A stretch of DNA of 64,000 nucleotides from Gemmatimonadota bacterium (GTDB lineage: Bacteria > Gemmatimonadota > Gemmatimonadetes > Palauibacterales > Palauibacteraceae), in assembly GCA_963666735.1 (NCBI GenBank), contig OY762926.1, positions 1,440,001 to 1,504,000 of the forward strand. Reading direction: 5' to 3'. A program made the position numbers and the translations under genes. How positions within the stretch are numbered: the first letter of the stretch is position 1; each line of letters starts with the position of its first letter. Below the pieces are notes generated by a model that was not told the origin of the DNA, ran no database searches, and worked only from the letters and a program-made list of their open reading frames with translations. Below are positions 8,252-18,942 of the stretch, one piece after another.

Positions 8252-10065
8252 CACGGGTCTGCTCCTTGCGTGGCGACGATTTCGATTTCGGCACTGGACT
8301 CGGCCGTGCCGTGCGAGGGCGAAACGACTTGCAGCGTAAGGCGATACCGCCCCTCGTCGAGCATGGGGAGGCGGAGTTCGACGGCACGGCCCTCGGCAGC
8401 GGAATTCGTCGTCACATCGAGCCAGCGGATGCCCGCCTGTTCCGTGTCGCCGCGGGCAAGCCCGCTCCATTCGAGTGCCCGGCGCCAGAACCCCTTCCCC
8501 TCCCGCGCCAGCGACAGCGTCACCTGGAGAGCGGCGGCGGGAGCGGGGTCGGGTGCGGCGGATCCGTACCACTCCCAGTAGACGGCCAGGGTCTCGCCCG
8601 CTCGCGCGGTGCGGTGGCCTCGTGCACGGGCGAGCGCCTCCGCGAGCGTGGAGGGCGGCATAGAGGGCGAAGCGTCGCCGGCATCGAGCAACAGGATGTC
8701 GGACAGCAGGGGATGGCCGGCAGTGAGGGGCATCCTTGCGCGTGCGGCACCGGGTCCCTCGTCGCAGCGGGCCTCGACGCCGACGAGCGTGGCGGGCGCG
8801 AGCCCACGCGGCTCCGCGACCGCCAGCGGTCCATCGCCGCGGCCGGTGCGGGTCGCCGTCACGCCGTGGGCGTCGGCGAGGAAGAGTCCGCTCTCCAGGT
8901 CGCAGGACGGCAGGGAGTCGGGCCACGTGAACGCCGCGACCACCCGCCGGCGCCCGTCTCGTCGAAAGCCGGCCACCTGGTGAGGGAGGTGCGCGATTTC
9001 GCCGAAGGCCGGCGCCCAGCTTGTGCGGCCCTCCGGCTCGTCCAGGTCCCAGAGCGGCTCGTCGTCCGCAGGCCCGAGGCGCGACACGGTGAACCGTTGT
9101 GCCCCGGGAAGGCGGTGGGACCACACGATCTCCTCGGTGCGCGAGCCCACGAACCGGCGGCGCGCCCGCTCCCATCCCGCGGGCCAGCCGAAGCGCAGGG
9201 TGATCTCGGTGAGATCGTCGCCCCACCGCATCCCCCAGGGGCTCGCGGAATCGGCCTGGAGCGCGGCGCGGACGCGCCGGGCGAGGTGTTCCGAGCGCCG
9301 CTCCAGTCCCGGCACGAGCCACAACGGGTCGGAGAGGTGCCAGAACGAGCGCTCCACGGCGCGCCGGGGCGAGCTTCCGCAGGCGAAGCGTTCGTAGCGG
9401 CCACGCGTCCGGCGGTCGAGTACCGGCCCGAGTTCGGTCCAGCCGCAGCGCTCTTCCTCGGTCATCCGGCCGAGCGCGCCCTCGAAGACCGCCTCCGCCT
9501 CCGCATAGCGGCCGTTCTCCTGGAGGACGAACCCGGCCAACCCGGCGCACCACGCACTCTCCACGCGGCAGGCTTCGAGCAGCGCGAGCGCCTCTTCCGC
9601 GCGTCCGGCCTCCAGCCGGTAGGCAACGCGCTGCCCGGTCAGCCACTCGTCGCCGGGAATGATGCGGGCGACGCTGTCGAGGATCGCGAGCAGCGCGCGC
9701 CGCTCGTCCACGACCTCCTGCTCCTCGGGGACCGGGTCCCAATCGTCGTCGTCCCAACCCTCCACGAGGCAGAAGCGCCCGATCCCCTCGCCGCATTCGG
9801 GGTTGACCAGCGGGCCGCGCGGGAAGTTGCGGCGCCGGACGTGCTCGAATGCGCGCTGCGCGTCGCGCGCCATTCGCATCGCCGCCTCGGCATCGGGAGA
9901 TGCGGGCGATTCGCGAGCTTGAGCCGCGTCCGCTCGGATCGCGACCGACGCGGAGGGTGCGGGGGCCGGCGTGACGGGCACCGGCGCCGAGAGCGCGATG
10001 GCCGCGAGCGTCGGGGCAAGCGCCGCGCGGGAAATCCGGATCCCGATGTTTCGCCCCGAACCCAC
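8251..10065 (-). CDS. Secreted TPR-like plus divergent GWxTD-like domain protein
   Basis: Signal peptide, helical repeats, FWHLSDP...ERRSEHLARR...LRFGWP and a C-terminal beta-sandwich (GRYRLTLQV). Confidence 0.6.
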   Translation of the reverse strand: MGSGRNIGIRISRAALAPTLAAIALSAPVPVTPAPAPSASVAIRADAAQARESPASPDAEAAMRMARDAQRAFEHVRRRNFPRGPLVNPECGEGIGRFCLVEGWDDDDWDPVPEEQEVVDERRALLAILDSVARIIPGDEWLTGQRVAYRLEAGRAEEALALLEACRVESAWCAGLAGFVLQENGRYAEAEAVFEGALGRMTEEERCGWTELGPVLDRRTRGRYERFACGSSPRRAVERSFWHLSDPLWLVPGLERRSEHLARRVRAALQADSASPWGMRWGDDLTEITLRFGWPAGWERARRRFVGSRTEEIVWSHRLPGAQRFTVSRLGPADDEPLWDLDEPEGRTSWAPAFGEIAHLPHQVAGFRRDGRRRVVAAFTWPDSLPSCDLESGLFLADAHGVTATRTGRGDGPLAVAEPRGLAPATLVGVEARCDEGPGAARARMPLTAGHPLLSDILLLDAGDASPSMPPSTLAEALARARGHRTARAGETLAVYWEWYGSAAPDPAPAAALQVTLSLAREGKGFWRRALEWSGLARGDTEQAGIRWLDVTTNSAAEGRAVELRLPMLDEGRYRLTLQVVSPSHGTAESSAEIEIVATQGADP

Positions 10066-10066
10066 C

Positions 10067-11092
10067 TCAGTACACGTCCAGGTCCCGGCCGTAGGCGAGC
10101 GGTCCGTCGTAGCCGGCGGCGCGAATCTCCGCGACCATTTCCTCCGGCGTGGCTCCCCAGCCCAGCTGGTGATGCAGGACGAGGATCCCCGGGCGCGCCC
10201 GGCCGGCGAGTTCCGCCAGTTCGACGGTCGACGTGTGGGCCTGGGCGTGATAGGACTGCCATTCCGGCGGACGGTCGCGGAACGTCGTGGCGGAGTACAC
10301 CTCGTGCACGAGCACGTCGCATCCCGCGCACATCTCGACGATCGCCTCGGCCGGAGCGGTGTCGCCGGAGATGACGACCGAGCGCCCGCCTCCGTCGAAC
10401 CGATAGCCGTACGCCTCGGGCCAGCCCGTATGCGGCACGGCGAAGGCGGTCACGCGGACGCGCTCGTCCTCGTAGATGACCCCCGGATCGATGTCGACCG
10501 CCTCCACGCGCCACCCGTCCGGCGTCGCCGGCTGCTGGCCGCTGAGCCGGTTCTCGAGGTCCGCCGCCCATGCCGCCGTCAGGTGCGTGGCCATCGCCAC
10601 CGTCCCGTCGGGGCCGAACAGCTTCAGCGGCGCCTCCCGCTCGGCCACCCAGGGCGTGTGGATCAGGTCCGGCAGGCCGACCGTGTGATCGCTGTGCAGA
10701 TGAGTGAGAAAGGCGATGTCCAGCCGCGCCGCCGCGAGGCCCTCCGCTCCGTAGCGGTCGGCCGCCTCCGCAGCGCGCCGCACGAGGCCGGGGCCCGCGT
10801 CGACGATGTAAGCCCGTCCGTCCACGAGTACAGCGGTGGCCGGGCCCGAGGCCTCCGGTTCGGGATTGGGCGTCCCCGTGCCCAGCAGGACCACGTGCAT
10901 ACCGGTCGAGAGATCGGCGCCCTCCACGGCGGCACCCTCGGCGGACGGCGGCGTCTCGGCGTCGCCGGGGGCCCCGGCCGCGCCGGATGAAGCCTCTCCG
11001 GGGCCACACGCCGACAACGCCAGCGCGTGCCAGACGAGGAGCGGGCCGGGGGCGATGGCCGAGCGCGGGCGGCTTCGCTTCGTGGGGGACAT
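10067..11092 (-). CDS. MBL-fold metallo-hydrolase lipoprotein (RNase Z/AtsA-like)
   Basis: Lipobox LSAC; LLGTGTP, THLHSDH, SGDT, LVHE and HT motifs. Confidence 0.88.
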   Translation of the reverse strand: MSPTKRSRPRSAIAPGPLLVWHALALSACGPGEASSGAAGAPGDAETPPSAEGAAVEGADLSTGMHVVLLGTGTPNPEPEASGPATAVLVDGRAYIVDAGPGLVRRAAEAADRYGAEGLAAARLDIAFLTHLHSDHTVGLPDLIHTPWVAEREAPLKLFGPDGTVAMATHLTAAWAADLENRLSGQQPATPDGWRVEAVDIDPGVIYEDERVRVTAFAVPHTGWPEAYGYRFDGGGRSVVISGDTAPAEAIVEMCAGCDVLVHEVYSATTFRDRPPEWQSYHAQAHTSTVELAELAGRARPGILVLHHQLGWGATPEEMVAEIRAAGYDGPLAYGRDLDVY

Positions 11093-11175
11093 GCGGCAAG
11101 ATCGTTCGATCGAGCCCGCAGCTCAACCGTTGCGCCAGCCTTGACCGGGTCCCGCACAGCCGGCCTTTTGCGGCG

Positions 11176-11441
11176 ATGGACGAACCACGCCGCGCCACGC
11201 CCCCCGGCCGCAACCTCGTCGCCGTCGCCGTCGCGGCCTTCTACGTGCTGCTCTTCGCGGCCCTCGTGTGGCCCATCTATCCGTGGTTCGCCACCATCGA
11301 GCCCCGCGTGCTCGCGATGCCGTTCTCGCTCTTCTACGTCGTCGTCTGCCTCCTCCTCTCCTTCTTCGTCCTGTTCGGGTACTACCTGTGGGAGCGGAAG
11401 CGGGAGACCGTCAACGGCGATCCGAACGGCGCGAGCCGCTG

Positions 11442-11442
<1 letters not shown>
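11176..11442 (+). CDS. Small two-TM symporter accessory protein (DUF3311-like)
   Basis: Two hydrophobic helices joined by IEPRVLAMPF; TGATG overlap with the symporter gene. Confidence 0.75.
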
Positions 11443-12932
<1,490 letters not shown>

Positions 12933-12933
12933 G

Positions 12934-14010
12934 CTAACGCGTCCAGATCAGGACGAGGCCGCACCGTCCGACCCCGAATCGCATCGTGCCGGCCGGGAGT
13001 GACGTGGAGGCCCGGTACACCTCGACGCCGGCGACTTCGCTCGGTAGTACGACCGAGTCCAGCGTGAAGTTATTCCCGGTGCCGTCGTCGAGATTGGCCA
13101 TGTTGATGTTGTCGAGATACACCTGAACGCATTCACCGAAGGTTCCGGGCGTCCGGCCCCCGCGCACGAGCCGCGGACGGAGCATCGTGTGTTGCTCGAG
13201 CAGTTGGCTCATGCGCATCGGACGCCAGCGCTCCAGGTACTCCGGCGTGAGGAACTCGCCGACGCCCTGCATCTCGCCCCAGTACTGCCGCTCGTAGAAG
13301 CCCTTGCTCTCCAGCGTGGGCGATCGGACCGTCGTCGCGATGAGAGGCTCCATTTCAACGGGATCGGGAACGAGGCCGATGTCCACCTGCGTCGTGAGTC
13401 CCGGCTTGACGGTGACGACGTAGTCGAGGGGTTCGTACCCCATGCGACGGACCTCGAATCCCTTTGCCCCCGCAGGGATGCCCGTGAGGATGTACCGTCC
13501 CCAGCGGTCGGTTTCGACGGCGCCCCGGCGACCGGCCACGGTCACGGCGGCGGTGGTGACCGGGTCTTGCGTTACGGCATCGAACACGCGGCCTTCGAGG
13601 CGCCCGGGGTTGTCTTCCGCCAGGATCCGGAGTTCGACCGTACTCGTCTCGCCGGGGACCAGCTCGACGGACGCCTGCTCGCTCGACCCGTCCCGGGCCT
13701 CCGCCCACACCGTCGCCCTCATCGCGTCCCGCGGGGCACAGAAGGTGAGGCGACCCTCGGCGCCCGTGCCCCCGCGCACGGGATTACGGACGACGTCGAC
13801 CCAACGAACCCGCACGTCGGCCCCGCTCACCCGCACCATTCCGGTCGCGTCCAGCACTTCGACGCGGAGCCCGGCGCGATCCTCGCAGGTGTGCGCCTCC
13901 TGGCCCGCCAGCGCTCCCGCCCCCGACAGGCCGTGAAGCGCCACGGACGCCGCTGAAGCGACGAGAGCCCGCATGCTCCAAGCCGCGCCCGCAAGCGTCC
14001 GCCGTTTCAT
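12934..14010 (-). CDS. Secreted carboxypeptidase-regulatory-like domains plus C-terminal TonB-plug-like domain (no barrel)
   Basis: GRVFDAVTQDPV..TDRWGRY..RRMGY; ends with VAGVEVYR..CGLVLIWTR. Confidence 0.75.
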   Translation of the reverse strand: MKRRTLAGAAWSMRALVASAASVALHGLSGAGALAGQEAHTCEDRAGLRVEVLDATGMVRVSGADVRVRWVDVVRNPVRGGTGAEGRLTFCAPRDAMRATVWAEARDGSSEQASVELVPGETSTVELRILAEDNPGRLEGRVFDAVTQDPVTTAAVTVAGRRGAVETDRWGRYILTGIPAGAKGFEVRRMGYEPLDYVVTVKPGLTTQVDIGLVPDPVEMEPLIATTVRSPTLESKGFYERQYWGEMQGVGEFLTPEYLERWRPMRMSQLLEQHTMLRPRLVRGGRTPGTFGECVQVYLDNINMANLDDGTGNNFTLDSVVLPSEVAGVEVYRASTSLPAGTMRFGVGRCGLVLIWTR

Positions 14011-14109
14011 TCCAAACCTCCTCCTGGGTGCCCTGCCTGTTCCCGGATGCCACACGCCCTCGGCGGACCGCGGGTCACAGATCATCGACATCCGGTCCTT
14101 CGCGGCGCG

Positions 14110-15327
14110 TCAGCTCGCACGGGCGTAGCGGGCCGGCCAGCGGGAGGCGAGGGCGGCGTTCCCGCGGATCCCGGCCGCCAGTTCCTCGATGACGATGTGC
14201 TCGTTGACGGTGTGGGCCAGCCGGTCGTCGCCGGGGCCGAAGCCGACCACGGTCATGCCCGCGAGCCCGAAGTGTCCGCCGTCGGTTGCGAAGTCCCAGA
14301 TGTCGACGGGCGGCTCGCCCCCGAGCGGGCCGGCCAGGACCTCTACCGCCGTCCGCACCGCGTCGTGGTCGGCAGGCAAGGAGAGGGCCGGGTTGTCGGC
14401 CGGGTAGGTCATCTCGTACCCCGCGTAGCTCGAGCGCTCGTGCTGCGGGATGAGGATGTCGCCCCTCGATCCCTCGATCTCGCACGCGCGCAGCACGGGG
14501 AGGAGCTGCTCCCGCAGCGACGCCGCATCCTGCCCGGTCACGGTCCGGCAGTCGAGCGTGACTTCGGCCAGACCGGGGATGACGTTTCCGCTCGTCTGGT
14601 CCGTCCCGATCAGGGTCGGGGCGATGGAGCAGGTGCCGAGATCAGGATCGTGCGCGAGGTCGACGTCTTCCAGCGCCGCGAGGAACCGGCCGAGCACGGT
14701 GAGCGGGTTGCGGCCGATGTCGGTCATCGACGCGTGGGCCATCCTGCCCCGCACCTGGACGCGGAGTTCGATCCGGCCCCGGTGTCCGCGACGGACCTCG
14801 TTCCGGCTGGGCTCGCCGATCAGGACCAGATCGGGCCGCAGCGTTTCCGCCATGTAGCGGGCGCCGAGTCCCCCGACTTCCTCCTGTACCGTTCCCGTCA
14901 CGTAGACATCGCCGGGGGGCCGCCGGCCGGCGGCGACGAGGCGGGCGATGCCGTGCACTTGCGCCGCGAGCGGTCCCTTGATGTCGATCGCGCCCCGCCC
15001 CCAAAGCAAGCCGTCGTGTATCTCGCCGCCATAGGGGTCATGGGGCCAGTCGGCCGGATCCCCGGCGTCCACATGGTCGAGATGGGTGTTGAACATCACC
15101 GAGGGAGCGTCGCCGGTGCCCCGGATGAGGCCGATGACGTTGCCCGCGGCGTCATGCTCGACCTGGTCGTAGCCGAGCGCTCGCATCTCGGCAGCGACGA
15201 GCCTGGCGAGTTCGCCTTCTTCGCCGGGCATCGACTGCGTGCGGATGAGGCGCTGCAGGAAGCGGACGCAGGCATCGAGTCCTTCGCCGGACAACTCCGG
15301 GACGGCGTGGTCGCTTGACATCATCAT
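14110..15327 (-). CDS. M20 family metallo-amidohydrolase (ArgE/DapE/YgeY-like)
   Basis: THLDHV, GRGAIDIKG, QEE, IGEP and GPG..AHTVNE. Confidence 0.9.
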   Translation of the reverse strand: MMMSSDHAVPELSGEGLDACVRFLQRLIRTQSMPGEEGELARLVAAEMRALGYDQVEHDAAGNVIGLIRGTGDAPSVMFNTHLDHVDAGDPADWPHDPYGGEIHDGLLWGRGAIDIKGPLAAQVHGIARLVAAGRRPPGDVYVTGTVQEEVGGLGARYMAETLRPDLVLIGEPSRNEVRRGHRGRIELRVQVRGRMAHASMTDIGRNPLTVLGRFLAALEDVDLAHDPDLGTCSIAPTLIGTDQTSGNVIPGLAEVTLDCRTVTGQDAASLREQLLPVLRACEIEGSRGDILIPQHERSSYAGYEMTYPADNPALSLPADHDAVRTAVEVLAGPLGGEPPVDIWDFATDGGHFGLAGMTVVGFGPGDDRLAHTVNEHIVIEELAAGIRGNAALASRWPARYARAS

Positions 15328-15391
15328 GATCGGCTCTCGGGGGTTCGGGGGTTGGTCGGCGCCAGCCGCGACCGCGGGAATCTAGCTGGGA

Positions 15392-15409
15392 ACGTTCCCG
15401 CGGGAACGT
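15392..15409. repeat. Perfect 18-bp palindrome ACGTTCCCGCGGGAACGT (copy 1, intergenic)
   Basis: Read directly; the core recurs at 22973 and, with one mismatch, at 48244. Confidence 0.8.
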
Positions 15410-15434
15410 CTCGCCATTCGCTTCAGTGTTCGGC

Positions 15435-16874
15435 TCAGGGGTCGGCCACGACCGGCGGGAGACCGATGGGCCGCGCCTCCTGGATGGCCGACGCCACCGC
15501 GAGCGTACGCCATTCCCCGCGCGGAGGCCCGACGACCTGCAGCCCGACCGGGAGGCCCGCCGCGTCCAGACCCGCCGGGACGCAGACGACGGGCAGACCG
15601 GGCATCGAGAGCAGGAAGGTCGGGGCGATCCAGTCGACGTACGTCTTCATCGGCCGCCCCCCGACGGTCTCCGGATAGTTCTGCTCCACGGGGAAGGGCG
15701 GGATCGCCATGCACGGCGTGAGGAGCGCGTCGTATCGATCGAGGAGAGCGAGAAGCTCTTCCCTCACGCGGCGGCGCACGTTCTCGGCCGCCCCGATCTC
15801 GGCCGGGGTCAGGGCCAGTCCCGAGCGGAGGTTGGCCGACACGTTGGGTCCGAAGGCGTCGATCCGGTGGAGTTCGGCCTCGAAGTGGGACACGAACCAG
15901 TGGCCGCGAAGGACGAGAAAGGCGTCCCAAGCCCAGGAGAGGTCGAGATCCACCTCGTCCACCCGTGCGCCTCCGGCCCGAATCGAGGCCAGCGCCTCGC
16001 GGCATGCCGCCTCCACGCCGCCGTCGATTCCGATCCGTGCGATGTCGCCGCAATACGCCCAGCGGCCTCGGGCGAGATCCGTGGCGCCGGGTTCCGGCCA
16101 GTGCGGCTCGGGGGCGCAGACGGGCGAGGCCGGATCGGGTCCCGAGATCGCGCGGAGCCCGTACGCGACGTCCTCCGGATCCCGTGCCATGAGGCCGGCC
16201 GACTGCAGGTCGTCCCACAGGTAGGCGGCCGGGACCGTCGGGACGAGCCCCGGCGTGGGGCGCAGCCCCGCGATGCCGCAGAAGGAGGCGGGGATCCGTA
16301 ACGAGCCGCCGAGATCGGTGCCCTGCGCGAGCGAGATCATCCCCGTTGCGAGCGCGACCGCGCCGCCCCCGGTGGACCCCCCCGCGCTGACGGCCGGGTT
16401 CCACGGGTTCCGGGTCACGCCGAACACCTCGTTCCATGTGTTGCCGCCCGCCGCGAACTCCGGCGTGTTCGTCTTCCCGAGGATCACCGCGCCGGCCTCG
16501 CGCAGGCGGCGCACGACGAGCGCATCCTCCGCGGGCACGTGGTCCGCGAACAGCGGTGAACCGTACGTCGTGCGGAGGTCCGCCGTCTCGGTCACGTCCT
16601 TGATGCCGACGACGAGCCCGGCGAGCGGTCCCGGATCCCCGCCGGCACCGAGGGTGACGTCGACCGCGGCCGCCTCCGCCTCCGCCCCGGGGTTGAGGGT
16701 GACGACCGCGTTGAGCGCTCCATTATGCCGTTCGACGCGGGCCAGGCAGGCGCCGAGCAGGTCGGCGGCGGTCAGCTCCCCGGCGCGGATGCGGCGGGCC
16801 TGCTCCCGCGCCGGGAGCAGCGCCGGATCGCCGCGTTCCGTCACGTCGAGCCCACCCACCCGGCGTCCAGCCAA
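15435..16874 (-). CDS. Amidase signature family enzyme
   Basis: GIKD, GKTNTPEF, GGSTGG and GTDLGGSLRIPASFCG (Ser-cisSer-Lys triad). The start may be GTG near 16844. Confidence 0.93.
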   Translation of the reverse strand: MAGRRVGGLDVTERGDPALLPAREQARRIRAGELTAADLLGACLARVERHNGALNAVVTLNPGAEAEAAAVDVTLGAGGDPGPLAGLVVGIKDVTETADLRTTYGSPLFADHVPAEDALVVRRLREAGAVILGKTNTPEFAAGGNTWNEVFGVTRNPWNPAVSAGGSTGGGAVALATGMISLAQGTDLGGSLRIPASFCGIAGLRPTPGLVPTVPAAYLWDDLQSAGLMARDPEDVAYGLRAISGPDPASPVCAPEPHWPEPGATDLARGRWAYCGDIARIGIDGGVEAACREALASIRAGGARVDEVDLDLSWAWDAFLVLRGHWFVSHFEAELHRIDAFGPNVSANLRSGLALTPAEIGAAENVRRRVREELLALLDRYDALLTPCMAIPPFPVEQNYPETVGGRPMKTYVDWIAPTFLLSMPGLPVVCVPAGLDAAGLPVGLQVVGPPRGEWRTLAVASAIQEARPIGLPPVVADP

Positions 16875-16875
16875 G

Positions 16876-18036
16876 CTATGGCAGGAACATCTGGGCGATC
16901 GCCTCCCCGTAGCGGGCGGAATCGAAGGGGAGCGCGTTCGTCTGCAGCGCGACCACCACGCCGTAGTCGTCGAAGTTCGCGAGGAAGGACCGTGTCCCCT
17001 TCACCGTCCCCGTGTGGCTCGGATAGCGACGTCCCTGCGGATCCGTGCGAATGAACCACGCCAGCGCCTGCTCGTGCGCGATGGGTTCGCCGAGTCCGTC
17101 CGGTGACGAGGGGTCGATCTGCCGGATCCCGGGCTCGAGTTGCGGGCGGTGCATCTCGGCCACCGTTTCCGGCGCGAGCAGCCGCCCGTCGTTGATCGCG
17201 ATCGCGAAGCGGACGAGATCCTCCACGTTCGAGATGATGCCGCCGCCCGCGTACTTGTAGCTCGGATCCTCCGGCGGGGCGTTGATGAAGCGGCCGGATT
17301 CGCCCCGGATGTAGCCGCGCCCGCGGTTCTGCACGACCCGCGACGGGACATCGAACTGGGTGGCGAACATCCCCGCCGGCTCCCACACGAAGCGTTTGAG
17401 GTATTCCTCGTAGTCCATCCCGGACGCCGCCTCGACGATTCCGTGCTGGAGGTTGTGGGCGTGCGAGGAGTACATCCACCCGGAGCCCGTGTCGTAGACG
17501 AGGGGGTCGTCGCGCCACAGCTCCGTCGCCTCCTCGAAGGTGTCGTAGTGCCGCAGGCTGAGCAGGTCGTGGGGACCGAATTCTACGCCGTCGTAGTGCC
17601 GGATCCCGGAAGTGTGCGTGAGGATGTGGCGCACCGTGACCGGGAACGCCCGCTCCGGATACCAGGGCATGTACGTCTGGAGCGTCGCGTCGAGATCCAC
17701 CTTCCCCTGCTCGACGAGCTGCATGAGACCCACCACGGCAAGCACCTTCGACACGGATCCCACGTTGTGGACCGTCCGGCCGATGGCCGGGGTGCGATGG
17801 TCCAGTTCGGCGACGCCCACGCCCTCCGAGAAGACGATCTGCCCGTCCACCGCCACCGCGACGGACAGCCCGGGAAGGTCGTTGTCGTGGCGGATCTGCT
17901 CCATGTAGTCGAGCAGCCCGTCCCACGAGAAGCTCTGGGCCGCGAGCGGGGCCGCAGCCTGCGACAGGAAACCGAACGACAGAAGGAGCGACAGCAGCGG
18001 CAGTGCGTTCGTCCGCGCGCGGCTATGGGCCGTCAT
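16876..18036 (-). CDS. Secreted serine hydrolase (beta-lactamase-like fold)
   Basis: Signal peptide; SVSK, YSS and HTG motifs. Confidence 0.88.
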   Translation of the reverse strand: MTAHSRARTNALPLLSLLLSFGFLSQAAAPLAAQSFSWDGLLDYMEQIRHDNDLPGLSVAVAVDGQIVFSEGVGVAELDHRTPAIGRTVHNVGSVSKVLAVVGLMQLVEQGKVDLDATLQTYMPWYPERAFPVTVRHILTHTSGIRHYDGVEFGPHDLLSLRHYDTFEEATELWRDDPLVYDTGSGWMYSSHAHNLQHGIVEAASGMDYEEYLKRFVWEPAGMFATQFDVPSRVVQNRGRGYIRGESGRFINAPPEDPSYKYAGGGIISNVEDLVRFAIAINDGRLLAPETVAEMHRPQLEPGIRQIDPSSPDGLGEPIAHEQALAWFIRTDPQGRRYPSHTGTVKGTRSFLANFDDYGVVVALQTNALPFDSARYGEAIAQMFLP

Positions 18037-18833
18037 GGTCCACCTCTTTCATCGAGAAACGCCACTACTCGGCAGAAGGCGGCTTCCCCGCCCTTGAACT
18101 TCCAGGGGAAGCACCCGATGGTGAGCCGCCGGTTCTGCAGTTCCGGAGCGGCGATCCGTCCGCCCAGGTTCTCTATGTGCATACAGTTGTGCGGGAAGAG
18201 CGCATTGTGCGTGAGCTGATAGTGCTCCTCGGGAAACAGTTCCTCCACGGCCCCGGCCCCGCCGAACACCTTTTCCGCCATCGCGCGCACGCGGTCGCAG
18301 TGTCCGAAGGTACCCTTCCCGAGGAATCTCCCGATGGGGAGGTTCATGGGATGATCCGTGGAGATCGCGTCCACGCCCCAGACCCTGATCTTCCGGTCGA
18401 TGAGCCACCGCACCATGTCCGGGTGCGCGCCGGGGTGGGTGTGGACGTAGCGTTCCTCGTTCGCCTCGGCGCCGAACTGCGCGAAGCGCTCCCAGCCCGT
18501 GTGCAGGATCAGGAGGTCTCCATCGCGGATCTCCACCCGCGATTCGATCATCTCGGGCGTGTACGCGGCGAGATCGCCCATCTCGTCGCGGAGGTCGACG
18601 ATGACGCCGTCCCCGTACAGCCACTCCAGGGGGATCTCGTCGACCGTCATCCCGTTGGTCACGAAGTGGCGGGGGGCGTCGAGGTGCGTGCCCATGTGGT
18701 TCGAGGTCTGGATGTACTGCGCGTTCACCCCGTGCTCGACCTTGCGCTTGATGTACTTGACCTCGAACGGGGGGTAGTAGGGCCAGAAGAAACAGTCCTG
18801 ATTGAGCGGCTGTGAGAGATCGTAGAGTTTCAT
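18033..18833 (-). CDS. Cyclase family metal-dependent amidohydrolase (kynurenine formamidase/isatin hydrolase-like)
   Basis: HMGTHLDAPRH matches HxGTHxDxPxH; also GVDAISTD and HIENL. Confidence 0.92.
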   Translation of the reverse strand: MKLYDLSQPLNQDCFFWPYYPPFEVKYIKRKVEHGVNAQYIQTSNHMGTHLDAPRHFVTNGMTVDEIPLEWLYGDGVIVDLRDEMGDLAAYTPEMIESRVEIRDGDLLILHTGWERFAQFGAEANEERYVHTHPGAHPDMVRWLIDRKIRVWGVDAISTDHPMNLPIGRFLGKGTFGHCDRVRAMAEKVFGGAGAVEELFPEEHYQLTHNALFPHNCMHIENLGGRIAAPELQNRRLTIGCFPWKFKGGEAAFCRVVAFLDERGGP

Positions 18834-18942
18834 GAGCGCGAGGTTCCATCGGGTTCGAGGTTGAAGTGGCGAGGACCGATGGCCGTACGCTCCCCCATCC
18901 GGCCGGGGAACGCAATGCCGGGGGCTATGACGGGGGCTCGGG

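Noticed and set aside
7808..9796. 662-aa ORF as a single gene
   Set aside because: Only the last ~147 codons (cupin lipoprotein) look real; the rest is an alternative frame of the 8251-10065 gene.
16876..18036. Beta-lactam resistance gene (likewise the BlaI/BlaR1 pair and the MBL-fold genes)
   Set aside because: Only fold-level similarity. The M56 protein lacks a penicillin-binding domain, and the MBL proteins carry RNase Z-like or persulfide dioxygenase motifs.
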